Shown: positions 26,507 through 34,650 of the stretch, piece after piece
How positions within the stretch are numbered: position 1 is the first letter of the stretch
How the letters are laid out: every line of letters begins with the position of its first letter
Source of the DNA: an uncultured virus (IMG/VR IMGVR_UViG_3300017991_000074)
Lineage: Duplodnaviria; Heunggongvirae; Uroviricota; Caudoviricetes
DNA: 37,083 nucleotides
Reading direction: 5' to 3' (one strand)
Virus record (IMG/VR): IMGVR_UViG_3300017991_000074
The notes under the pieces: model-generated
Databases searched by the model: none
What the model was told of the DNA's origin: nothing
What the model saw: only the letters and a program-made list of their open reading frames with translations
Translations under genes and position numbers: made by a program

Positions 26507-27550
26507 ATGTCACTTCGAGATGTAGTTCGACAGATTCATGGGCCAACGGATCTTTCTTCGGATATTGATCGCTTCATATCGACCCAAGAAAAGCAGTTTC
26601 CGAGCAATCGGGAGGAGGGGTGGCATCCCTCTGAGTTCTGTGGAGCTTGTGCTCGAGCTCTCGTGATCAATTCCTTGGTAGTGATCCCGAAGAAGGAGAT
26701 CAAACCAAAGCTTCGGCGCATCTTTGACGTGGGGACCTCGACGCACCGCTTGTACCAGGAGGAGTATCTGGGGCCTATGGGGGTGCTGTGGGGGAAGTGG
26801 AGATGCTCTCGGTGCCATACGGTCAAATGGGGCTTCATGCCGAAGCGTCGATGTGCATGCACAGAAGAGGATCGTGACTCGACATGTTTTCGGGTCTGCG
26901 GTGAGGGGGTAGAACAGCGTACCGCGACCTCGTGGCCCTATACGATTTGGTCCAAGAGGCTCATGGAGAATCGAGGCGGTTGTATTCATTGTGGTGTATG
27001 GGGGCACTGGGAGTTTCGAGAGATTCCATTCAAGAGCGACAATACGTTGTTGTCCAAGCCGATTGTTGGGCATAGTGACGGGCTAATCCGGCTCGGAACA
27101 TTTTGGATCGTATTAGAGATCAAAACGATCAATAGTTATGGATTCGCAGCACTACGTGAGCCGAAGGAAAACCATGTTTTGCAGGGCACAACGTATACCG
27201 AGCTGGTGCTTCGCAAGAAGGTACGGAGACTTCCAGGAGAAATTCAGGTTCCAACGCCGGATGAGCTTTGGATCTTGTACGTGGGAAAGAATACGTCCGA
27301 CGAAAAGGTGTACAAGATTCCGATTGATATGGAGATGCGGGAGAAGGGTGCTCGACTTTTAGAGAAGCCTGAACTGGTCGATCAGTCGATTGAGAAGGGA
27401 GTCCTTCCACTTCGACTGGTGGAGTGCGACAGTAAGAAGGCAAAGCGAGCGAAGAAGTGCGCGGCGAAGAAGTATTGCTTCGCCAAGGAAGTAACCTTCG
27501 CGAAATTGAAGAAACTCGGGGAGGAGCAACGTGGCCGACTCACCAAGTGA
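26507..27550 (+). CDS. Cas4-like PD-(D/E)XK exonuclease
   Basis: HPSEFCGAC, G..TH, EFRE, GHSDG and LEIKT motifs, three C-terminal Cys, and an internal Cys-rich insert. Confidence 0.8.
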   Translation: MSLRDVVRQIHGPTDLSSDIDRFISTQEKQFPSNREEGWHPSEFCGACARALVINSLVVIPKKEIKPKLRRIFDVGTSTHRLYQEEYLGPMGVLWGKWRCSRCHTVKWGFMPKRRCACTEEDRDSTCFRVCGEGVEQRTATSWPYTIWSKRLMENRGGCIHCGVWGHWEFREIPFKSDNTLLSKPIVGHSDGLIRLGTFWIVLEIKTINSYGFAALREPKENHVLQGTTYTELVLRKKVRRLPGEIQVPTPDELWILYVGKNTSDEKVYKIPIDMEMREKGARLLEKPELVDQSIEKGVLPLRLVECDSKKAKRAKKCAAKKYCFAKEVTFAKLKKLGEEQRGRLTK

Positions 27551-28043
27551 TACCAGTAGGAGCTTGAAAAAGGCAGAAGCCAAGATCGATGCTTTGGGAC
27601 TCCCATTGCCGGAGAAGCCGGAATCGGGTGAGGACGATCCCAAGTGGCCCCGAAATATAGCGGACCTCTCCCCAGACGAATTGGCCTACCATCTGACCTG
27701 GTGGAGCGGGTGGAGCTCGTATGCTCGGCATCACCTTGCTCGAGCGCAGACCGATTTTGCTGCCTTCAAGAGAGACTTGAAATTGGAGACGGACACGCGA
27801 GTATTCAAGTCAGTTGGGGACTATAAAACGGTGACTGAGTGCAAGGCCTCCATTGCTCAACGGCCGGACATGATTCGGATGGCGATTCGAGAGCAGGAAG
27901 CCGAGGCCATGGTTACCATGATGAAGTCTTTGCTCGAGGGTTACGAAGACAAGTACGCCACGACTTCGAGAGAGATCAGTCGGCGCGGTTTGGACTTCCA
28001 CCACAGTGTTACTGACGAGGGGAGAGATCGCTGGAATGCCTAA
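27531..28043 (+). CDS. Helical hypothetical protein, possibly UvsY-like
   Basis: GAGGAG SD; coiled-coil-like sequence ending SREISRR; lies between exonuclease and resolvase. Function is a guess. Confidence 0.5.
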   Translation: MADSPSDTSRSLKKAEAKIDALGLPLPEKPESGEDDPKWPRNIADLSPDELAYHLTWWSGWSSYARHHLARAQTDFAAFKRDLKLETDTRVFKSVGDYKTVTECKASIAQRPDMIRMAIREQEAEAMVTMMKSLLEGYEDKYATTSREISRRGLDFHHSVTDEGRDRWNA

Positions 28044-28575
28044 GCGTGCCTGGTTGATGGCGATTGATGCGTCGGTGACGGGGACAGCCATCGTGGTTCT
28101 TGGCGAAGACATGATGTTGCGACAAGAGTTCATAACCAAGGCGTCGGATTGGGAGAAAACCATCGAAGGTCGGGTGGAACGGTTCATGAGTATCGTCACC
28201 CCGATTCAGGCTTTGGCTAGGAAATGGTGGCCTGAGCGGTTGTTGATTGAGGACTATGCGTTCAACGCGAAAGGGAGTAGCGGCATCACTCTCGGAGAGT
28301 TCGGTGGGATTCTTCGGAGAGAAATCATCGGATATTTTGATTCGTCGGCGGAGGTTCCGCCAAGCGTGATCAAGAAATTTGCTACAGGAAAGGGGAATGC
28401 TGGGAAGCCGGCGGTCATCTCGGCGTTGACCTTGCGTTACGGTCTTCGATTCGATACGGACAATGCCGCGGATGCTTTTGCGCTGGCAAAGCTTGGTGAG
28501 ATTGTGGCAGGCTATGAGCAGGCACAGACCAGGTTTCAGCAACAAGCCGCTGATACAGTTTTGAAACTGCTCTAG
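28036..28575 (+). CDS. ruvC: RuvC-like Holliday junction resolvase
   Basis: AIDAS.TGT, IEDY, PPSVIKKFATGKGNA.K and DNAADAFALA motifs. Confidence 0.88.
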   Translation: MPKRAWLMAIDASVTGTAIVVLGEDMMLRQEFITKASDWEKTIEGRVERFMSIVTPIQALARKWWPERLLIEDYAFNAKGSSGITLGEFGGILRREIIGYFDSSAEVPPSVIKKFATGKGNAGKPAVISALTLRYGLRFDTDNAADAFALAKLGEIVAGYEQAQTRFQQQAADTVLKLL

Positions 28576-28587
28576 TAGGAGACAAAG

Positions 28588-28890
28588 ATGCATAGCCGCC
28601 GAGAAGATCTCAGAGGAAATCAAACCGACAACGAGCAGCTGCTGAAGGTGGCAGGGAGCTCGAGTTCCTCGAAGGTGGCTGGGGCCATCGTCAAGTACAT
28701 GAACGAGGGGTGTGTGGTCACGCTGATCGCGATGGGCGCCGGCGCGGTGAACCAGGCGGTCAAGGCCATCGCCATCGCTCGAGGCATGGCTGCGCCTCAG
28801 GGGTGGGACCTCGCGTGCATTCCAGGTTTCTCGGACGAGCTTGTAGACGGCATCAAGAAGACGGCCATAACCTTCAAGGTCACAAGGTAG
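28588..28890 (+). CDS. spoVS: Stage V sporulation protein S family protein
   Basis: LKV..SS...VAGAI...AMGAGAVNQAVKAIAIARG..AP.G.DL.CIP.F, close to the SpoVS consensus. Confidence 0.92.
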   Translation: MHSRREDLRGNQTDNEQLLKVAGSSSSSKVAGAIVKYMNEGCVVTLIAMGAGAVNQAVKAIAIARGMAAPQGWDLACIPGFSDELVDGIKKTAITFKVTR

Positions 28891-28892
28891 GC

Positions 28893-29381
28893 ATGGGACA
28901 GCGACTGAGCGTTACGCGATCCTTTGAGTGGGATGCGACACATCGACTTCTGGGGCATTGGGGTCGGTGCTGCACTCTTCATGGCCACACCTATCGAGCA
29001 GAGGTCACGGTTGAGGCGAAGATGCTGACGCCGGACCTCGGAATGGTGGTCGACTTCAGCATTGTCAAGAGGGTGATCGGCGAGTGGATCGATCAGCATT
29101 GGGACCACACGGCGATTGTCTGCAGAGATGACAAGACCCTTTTGGAGTTTTGTGTCTCGGAGCATCGTGTGGGCAAGAGTTCTCGAGCTCCCTTTGTCTT
29201 GGAGAAAGCTCCGACGGCAGAGGCCATGGCGATGAAGCTGTTGAACATCTCGCAGCATCGTTTCGACAATCTAGAGCAGTTGGGGATTGTCTTGGAGGGT
29301 CCAGAAGTACGTTACGTGGTGACCAAGGTGGTGCTCTTTGAGACGCCTCGGTGTTGGGCAACGGCTACGCGCACAGAGTAG
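28893..29381 (+). CDS. queD: 6-carboxy-5,6,7,8-tetrahydropterin synthase
   Basis: F.WDATHRL, C..LHGHTY, GMVVDF, WDH, PTAE and LFETP motifs. Confidence 0.92.
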   Translation: MGQRLSVTRSFEWDATHRLLGHWGRCCTLHGHTYRAEVTVEAKMLTPDLGMVVDFSIVKRVIGEWIDQHWDHTAIVCRDDKTLLEFCVSEHRVGKSSRAPFVLEKAPTAEAMAMKLLNISQHRFDNLEQLGIVLEGPEVRYVVTKVVLFETPRCWATATRTE

Positions 29382-29404
29382 TAGAACCGGCAGGAGATTT
29401 GGAC

Positions 29405-29779
29405 ATGAAAGAGAAGCAGCCCTATCGAGAGGGAGATGAGGCGGAGAACCTGGAGGAGAAGACGGAGGAGAAGACGGAGACTGAGGAGACTCCGTCGGCT
29501 CCCAAGCAGGATCAGCCGCTTACCGCGTTTCTGGTCATTATCCAGGAGAATGGTAACGCCGAAGCCATGATTGGCGGGGACATCATGGAGATGGTCCAGG
29601 CCAAGCGAATGGCAACGCATCGGGACATTCGTGACGCATCGGCACAGCTGCTGATGGACACCCTCGTCACGATGTTGGTTATGGGAACGGCAACCGAGAC
29701 CTCCAAGTTCATGATGAAGGCGGCCGAGGCGCACATGGTCGAGCGCGTCAAGAACCAGCTGGTCCGCGGACGCCAATGA
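29405..29779 (+). CDS. Hypothetical protein
   Basis: AGGAG SD; acidic N-terminus; ATGA overlap with folE. Confidence 0.65.
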   Translation: MKEKQPYREGDEAENLEEKTEEKTETEETPSAPKQDQPLTAFLVIIQENGNAEAMIGGDIMEMVQAKRMATHRDIRDASAQLLMDTLVTMLVMGTATETSKFMMKAAEAHMVERVKNQLVRGRQ

Positions 29780-30345
29780 CGAGCCATGACGCACAGGCTC
29801 TGGTGGACATTGCTGCGGCAGTGAAGGAGGTCCTTCTCCCAGCCCTTGGAGAGAAGCTTGATCGGGAAGGGCTGAGGGATACTCCGAGACGGTTCGCGAG
29901 CATGATGCTCGAGATGACCTCGGGGCTGCGGGATAGCGCACCGGAGATCACGACCTTTGAGCGCGGTGATTGTGATCAGATGATCACCGTCTTCGACCTG
30001 GACTACTACAGCCTCTGCGAGCACCACTTGGTTCCCTTCTACGGAAGGGCCCATGTTGGCTACCTCCCAGGAGATCGAATTGCGGGGCTATCGAAGTTTG
30101 GTCGGGTTGTTGAACATTTTGCCAAGAGGCCGCAGACGCAGGAGTACATGACGTCGCAGGTTGCGGATTTCTTGATGAAGAAGCTCAAGCCTCAAGGACT
30201 CATTGTGGTAATCGAAGGCCGTCATCTGTGCATGTCGATGCGTGGGGTGAAGAAGCCGAACCACAACACGGTGACCTCAGCTATTCGTGGGGACATTCCT
30301 CGCAAGGAGTTCTTTGACATTATGAAGGCGCGGTCCAATGGCTAG
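29776..30345 (+). CDS. folE: GTP cyclohydrolase I
   Basis: REGLRDTPRR, SLCEHHLVPFYG, GLSKFGR, RPQTQE and HLCMSMRGVKK motifs. Confidence 0.96.
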   Translation: MTSHDAQALVDIAAAVKEVLLPALGEKLDREGLRDTPRRFASMMLEMTSGLRDSAPEITTFERGDCDQMITVFDLDYYSLCEHHLVPFYGRAHVGYLPGDRIAGLSKFGRVVEHFAKRPQTQEYMTSQVADFLMKKLKPQGLIVVIEGRHLCMSMRGVKKPNHNTVTSAIRGDIPRKEFFDIMKARSNG

Positions 30346-30688
30346 GCCACCAACAGCGGTAATCGACATCGACGGAGTCCTGGCTACAGGGGGACCTGAG
30401 GTCTATTCCGATGAGGCTGGGTGGGCATACGAGAAGTGCCGACCGATCTCTGAGGGGATTGAATTGGTGCGAGGCTTGATGACGAAGAAGATTCGAGTCA
30501 TCTTGCACACGGCTCGGTGGGAGAGCGATAGAGGAGTCACCGAGCAGTGGTTGAGGTTGCACCAGGTTCCTTACGACGAGCTCTTGATGGGGAAGCCGAG
30601 TGCGGACATCTATGTTGATGACCGCGGGTATCGATTTACTCCAGGTCTTCTTGGAATCTCGGAGGCGGTGCTCGAGCTGATCGGTTAG
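30338..30688 (+). CDS. Capless HAD-family phosphatase (EcbF/BcbF-like)
   Basis: DIDGVL, HTAR, MGKP and YVDDR motifs. Confidence 0.85.
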   Translation: MARPPTAVIDIDGVLATGGPEVYSDEAGWAYEKCRPISEGIELVRGLMTKKIRVILHTARWESDRGVTEQWLRLHQVPYDELLMGKPSADIYVDDRGYRFTPGLLGISEAVLELIG

Positions 30689-30709
30689 ATCGAAACATAG
30701 GAGAGAGAC

Positions 30710-30940
30710 ATGGCAGAAGCGAAGGTAGTTTCCAAGCATCAGGCTCCTGATGGATGGCGGTTCGTCGTCAAGGTCGAGGATTACGGAGTCATCGACGTTC
30801 TGGTGGCCAGGGGAGGCCTGGTAACGAGTTTCGGGTCGCATCCACCAGCTACCGCGCAGGTTGCATGCAACGCTGCCAAAAAGGCTCACCTTGACCGCTA
30901 TGCGGACATCTTGAAGCGCACCGGCGTAGTTCTCTTTTAG
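30710..30940 (+). CDS. Hypothetical protein
   Basis: AGGAG SD; 76 aa. Confidence 0.6.
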   Translation: MAEAKVVSKHQAPDGWRFVVKVEDYGVIDVLVARGGLVTSFGSHPPATAQVACNAAKKAHLDRYADILKRTGVVLF

Positions 30941-30961
30941 TGAGAGATCTGGGAGGGAGCT

Positions 30962-31669
30962 ATGGGCACGCATGCCGTTGTCCTCTATAGCGGAGGACCC
31001 GATTCGTTCATCACATGGCAGTGGGCAAAGCAGCAAGACTATTTGTCGCTGACCTCGTGTTACGTGCAGTTGGGTCACCGTTACCAGCCGGAGGAGATTC
31101 GAGCTGTTACCGACACGGTTCCGGCGACCTTCATCGAGAAGGTGGTTCAGGGCATGGGCGTGTGGGAGGAAGATGACGCCCATATCTTTGGTCGGAATGC
31201 CTTCCTGTGCCTGGTAGCGGCCCGCCTACTCCCTCAGGGTGTGGACGGTGAGGTTCTTCTCACGGTTCAAGAAGACGAGCTGTTGATTCCGGATCGCAAG
31301 CCGAAGTTTCTGAAGCAGATGAGTATCTTGCTCACCATGCTTCGGGAGTTTCCGACCACGGTGTATTCTCCGTGGTTGCAGATGGACAAAACCGACATGG
31401 TCGAGTGGTATCTCAAGGAGGGGGTTCCAGAGGAATTGAAGAGGACCCATTCGTGCTACTCGGCGCATCGAGTGGAGGGGAAGCAGTGCGGGGATTGTGC
31501 GGCGTGCTTCCGACGAGCGGTGGCGTTTGGGCTCAACGGGATTGCTGAGGAGTATACCGTCGATCCTTTCAGCTCGGCGACGGCTCTTCGTTATGGCAGG
31601 AGGGCCTTGGCTGGAGCGTACAGCGAGAAGAGGAAGGGACGAATTTTGATGGCGATGGGAGGTCTATGA
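30962..31669 (+). CDS. queC: 7-cyano-7-deazaguanine synthase
   Basis: LYSGGPDS PP-loop, GRN, SPW...DK, THSCY and CGDCAACFRR zinc motif. Confidence 0.9.
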   Translation: MGTHAVVLYSGGPDSFITWQWAKQQDYLSLTSCYVQLGHRYQPEEIRAVTDTVPATFIEKVVQGMGVWEEDDAHIFGRNAFLCLVAARLLPQGVDGEVLLTVQEDELLIPDRKPKFLKQMSILLTMLREFPTTVYSPWLQMDKTDMVEWYLKEGVPEELKRTHSCYSAHRVEGKQCGDCAACFRRAVAFGLNGIAEEYTVDPFSSATALRYGRRALAGAYSEKRKGRILMAMGGL

Positions 31670-32721
31670 TGCTTCCGATGGTCACACGAGTGGAGTGGCT
31701 TATCACGCGACGCTGCAATATTCGTTGCAGCTACTGTGCGATTCGGAATGCGAATCTTCGACTTGGAGATCAGCTAACCACCGAGCAGTGCCTCAAGGTG
31801 GTCCGGATTCTTGCGAAGAACTGGCCGGGAGCTCCAGTGAACTTTTTTGGGGGAGAGCCGACTACTCGAGAGGATTTGCCGGAGCTTTTGAGGGAGATGT
31901 CGAGACTCGGACAGATGGCGATTCTGAGCACCAACGGCATCAAGCTCTACGAGAACCGGGAGTACGTGGAGAAGCTCGCAGATTGCGGGCTGACCAACAT
32001 GACTGTGAGCTTCGACGGACTGACGCCGGGCCAGTGTGTCGACAAGAGCACATGGTCTCGAGCGAAGATTGGCCGATGGGTTCTTCAGGCGGCACGGAGA
32101 GCGGGCGTCAAGGATTTGGTCGCCAATATCACGGTGACAAAGCTCAACGTGATGCACCTTCCGGCCATTGTTCAAGCGCTGACGGAGGATGGTATCTGGA
32201 GCATCCTCTGCATGCTTCAGCTGGGGCACAACGGCTACGAGTATTCCTGCGGCAAGCGGTCGATGCTCCCCTCTCAGGAGCAGATGGAGAAGGTGTTCCC
32301 GACTCTAGCTGCGATGGCGTGGTCCAAGAAGTACTTGCTTCAGACCTCTGGGGATTGGTTCAAGTACCTGTTGGAACACGGTGTTGAGGAGCAGAACTGG
32401 AAGTGCAACACCAAGGCGTCACTGACCATTGATTCGGATGGAACGTTGAAGCATTGCGTCGACGTTCCTCTGGAGGTCCCGCTCACGATCTTCGACCTTG
32501 AGCGAGTGGCGGGACAGATTCATTATGAGCGGTTGATCAAGGAGCCGAAGTGCGAAGGATGTCTTTGGGACTCGGCCTACGATTCGATTCGGCGTGGTCA
32601 GTTGACCCTGGGCGAGGATGAGGCGCGGCGCTGGTATCGACACGAGCTGACGGAGAAGGAAGTAGCAAATCTGGTACCTGAGGCTCGGTGGTGGTTCAAG
32701 AAGAGGGAGTGGGACAAGTAG
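31666..32721 (+). CDS. Radical SAM enzyme with a C-terminal SPASM/Twitch-like domain
   Basis: CNIRCSYC, GGEPT and STNG motifs; C-terminal C...IDSDG.LKHC...CEGC. Confidence 0.88.
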   Translation: MMLPMVTRVEWLITRRCNIRCSYCAIRNANLRLGDQLTTEQCLKVVRILAKNWPGAPVNFFGGEPTTREDLPELLREMSRLGQMAILSTNGIKLYENREYVEKLADCGLTNMTVSFDGLTPGQCVDKSTWSRAKIGRWVLQAARRAGVKDLVANITVTKLNVMHLPAIVQALTEDGIWSILCMLQLGHNGYEYSCGKRSMLPSQEQMEKVFPTLAAMAWSKKYLLQTSGDWFKYLLEHGVEEQNWKCNTKASLTIDSDGTLKHCVDVPLEVPLTIFDLERVAGQIHYERLIKEPKCEGCLWDSAYDSIRRGQLTLGEDEARRWYRHELTEKEVANLVPEARWWFKKREWDK

Positions 32722-33519
32722 ATGCAGCAGGATCACATGGTTTCAGCGGTCATTCCGACAGTGGGTCGAGTAGAGACGCTTGCGATGACGCTCTACTCCC
32801 TGGCGACTCAGAGCTATCCGGTGTCCGAAGTGATCCTTCTGGACGAAGCAAAGAAGCCGGTGTCAGAGTCCTTCGTGGTCAACCAGGCGCTGGACCTCCT
32901 CTCCCTAGCTGGTGCGGACGTGAAGATTCTTCGACGCCGACATCGACGGGGGATCGGTGCGGCTCGATTGGAGCTCGCAAGGGAAGCGTCGTGGAACTGG
33001 GTCTTGATGGTGGATGATGACGTAGCGCTTCGGCCGGATTGTTTGGACGGTCTGATGGAAGTGTTGACTGCAAGCGAGCGAGCTTGGGCTGTGCCTTTCT
33101 GCTTCCTGGTCAACGCGGCTCTCGAGCTCGATGGCTACACGGATACGAAGGTCTCGTGCACCGACGTGGATGTGCGGAAGTGGACCGAACGTTATCCCTG
33201 GTTCGTGCCGTACTTCAACTATTCGGAGATATTCACCCAAGAGATTGAGGTGGCCGGGACCCAGGCGATCCTCTGGAAGAAAAAGGAGCTGCTCCGCGAC
33301 GAGTGTGTGCGGGTGCAAGCCTTGGGGAGATTGCCTCGAGAAGATACATACCTGACCAGGGTTACGGGTCCTGGGGTTTTCGTCAGCTCAGCTCGATGTG
33401 ATCATTTCGAGCATGAGAGTCAGGTTACCCGTGGCCAGTGGCAGAACTCGATGTTCTACCGAATCCACACGGCGATCATGAAGGACCCGAAGGGGTTCGT
33501 GGAACTGATGCGAGGATAG
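32722..33519 (+). CDS. GT-A fold (family 2-like) glycosyltransferase
   Basis: VSAVIPT.GR, EVILLD, GIGAAR, MVDDD and PRED motifs. Confidence 0.85.
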   Translation: MQQDHMVSAVIPTVGRVETLAMTLYSLATQSYPVSEVILLDEAKKPVSESFVVNQALDLLSLAGADVKILRRRHRRGIGAARLELAREASWNWVLMVDDDVALRPDCLDGLMEVLTASERAWAVPFCFLVNAALELDGYTDTKVSCTDVDVRKWTERYPWFVPYFNYSEIFTQEIEVAGTQAILWKKKELLRDECVRVQALGRLPREDTYLTRVTGPGVFVSSARCDHFEHESQVTRGQWQNSMFYRIHTAIMKDPKGFVELMRG

Positions 33520-33521
33520 AG

Positions 33522-33704
33522 ATGGGCGTTCAGAGTCAGAGTTTTGCCGAGGCGCAAGTCGAGTGGCGCAAGTGTTTCATGGAGGGGTATCATGCAGCGG
33601 TCCGAGCAGCCCGGGAAAAGAAGCCAACAAGAAACCCCTACGGAGAAGACACCGCAAATGGATTGGCGTGGAGAGCGGGAAGAAATTCAAGGCTCCCGAA
33701 GTAG
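33522..33704 (+). CDS. Small hypothetical protein (GY.A...NPY...W..G pattern)
   Basis: ATG at 33522 after GAGG; fills the gap between the two glycosyltransferases. Confidence 0.55.
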   Translation: MGVQSQSFAEAQVEWRKCFMEGYHAAVRAAREKKPTRNPYGEDTANGLAWRAGRNSRLPK

Positions 33705-33708
33705 GCCA

Positions 33709-34629
33709 ATGGTCGAGCGTGTTCTCATTGGAATTCCGACCAAGGATCGACACGAGTATCTCAGTGGCCTGCTCGCCACGATTTTGTTTCAGACCTATCC
33801 TGCCTTCGACGTGCTGATTGTCGACAGCTCTGAGGAGAGGGGACCTGCTGAAGAGGATGTGCAGGTCGATCGATTCGTCCAGGCGCTTCGAGGAGTGGGG
33901 AGGGATGTTTTCTTCGTAGAGGGAGTTTCGGCCGGGGCTTCAATGGTGGCACCGACCAACAGGATTCTGGTCGAGGCGGAGGACCGGGGATATGACTGGG
34001 TCTTCAAGGTGGACGATGACCACGTGATGCCGCCTGGCACGCTCCACAACCTCCTCCAGGCCGCGATGCTGCAGGAGGCGACTGACGGTCCTGAGGAGGC
34101 GCATAAGCGAGTCTTGGTCAGCGGAGTGACTCCTTGGATGCATCGAGTCTGGAAGGGCGCCTCGGGGCCGGACGATGCTGTTCGATCAATGAGGGATGTT
34201 GCGGAGCCGATTTCGGACATTTGGCTTGAGCCGGCAGACCGACGATTGGCTCAGGGCTACCGACATCACACGGATGTGAATCATTTCGACAAATTCGCTT
34301 CCCATGTAGTGGCGAGAACGACCATTGCGTCGGCCGCGAATTTCTTGATGAGACCCGACACTCGGATCTTGTGGTCGGACATGAGTGGTCGGTCGAATCT
34401 GGCGGACATCGCGTGGTTTCTTCAGTTGCAAAGATACTTGGGCTACGAGCTCTATTTCGAGACTGGCGTATGGGTGTGGCATGTAGTCGCTCCTTCCGGC
34501 GGTACTCGAAAGGGGCAGGAGACTTTTGACAAGGGAACTGGGGAGGATGAGGCTCTTCGGCGAAGGCAGATTGACAAGCTGGTGGAGCAACTGGGATTCG
34601 GTGCCAAGGGTTACAAGTATTGCGTGTGA
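33709..34629 (+). CDS. Second GT-A fold (family 2-like) glycosyltransferase
   Basis: VLIGIPTKDR, DVLIVD, KVDDDH and late H...P.GG.R motifs; start ATG 33709. Confidence 0.82.
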   Translation: MVERVLIGIPTKDRHEYLSGLLATILFQTYPAFDVLIVDSSEERGPAEEDVQVDRFVQALRGVGRDVFFVEGVSAGASMVAPTNRILVEAEDRGYDWVFKVDDDHVMPPGTLHNLLQAAMLQEATDGPEEAHKRVLVSGVTPWMHRVWKGASGPDDAVRSMRDVAEPISDIWLEPADRRLAQGYRHHTDVNHFDKFASHVVARTTIASAANFLMRPDTRILWSDMSGRSNLADIAWFLQLQRYLGYELYFETGVWVWHVVAPSGGTRKGQETFDKGTGEDEALRRRQIDKLVEQLGFGAKGYKYCV

Positions 34630-34650
34630 TACACTGAGAGTGGGTGAAGG

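Noticed and set aside
26205..26525. 106-aa + strand ORF
   Set aside because: No SD, atypical composition, and it coincides with the tRNA-like and structured RNA elements.
26507..27550. CRISPR-Cas system
   Set aside because: Solo Cas4-like nucleases are common in phages; no cas1, cas2 or repeat-spacer array seen.
29776..30345. folE and queD as folate or pterin auxiliary metabolic genes
   Set aside because: Co-occurrence with queC, queE and dpdA is better explained by deazaguanine DNA modification.
30320..31183. 287-aa minus-strand ORF
   Set aside because: Overlaps the HAD gene and queC on the opposite strand; no support.
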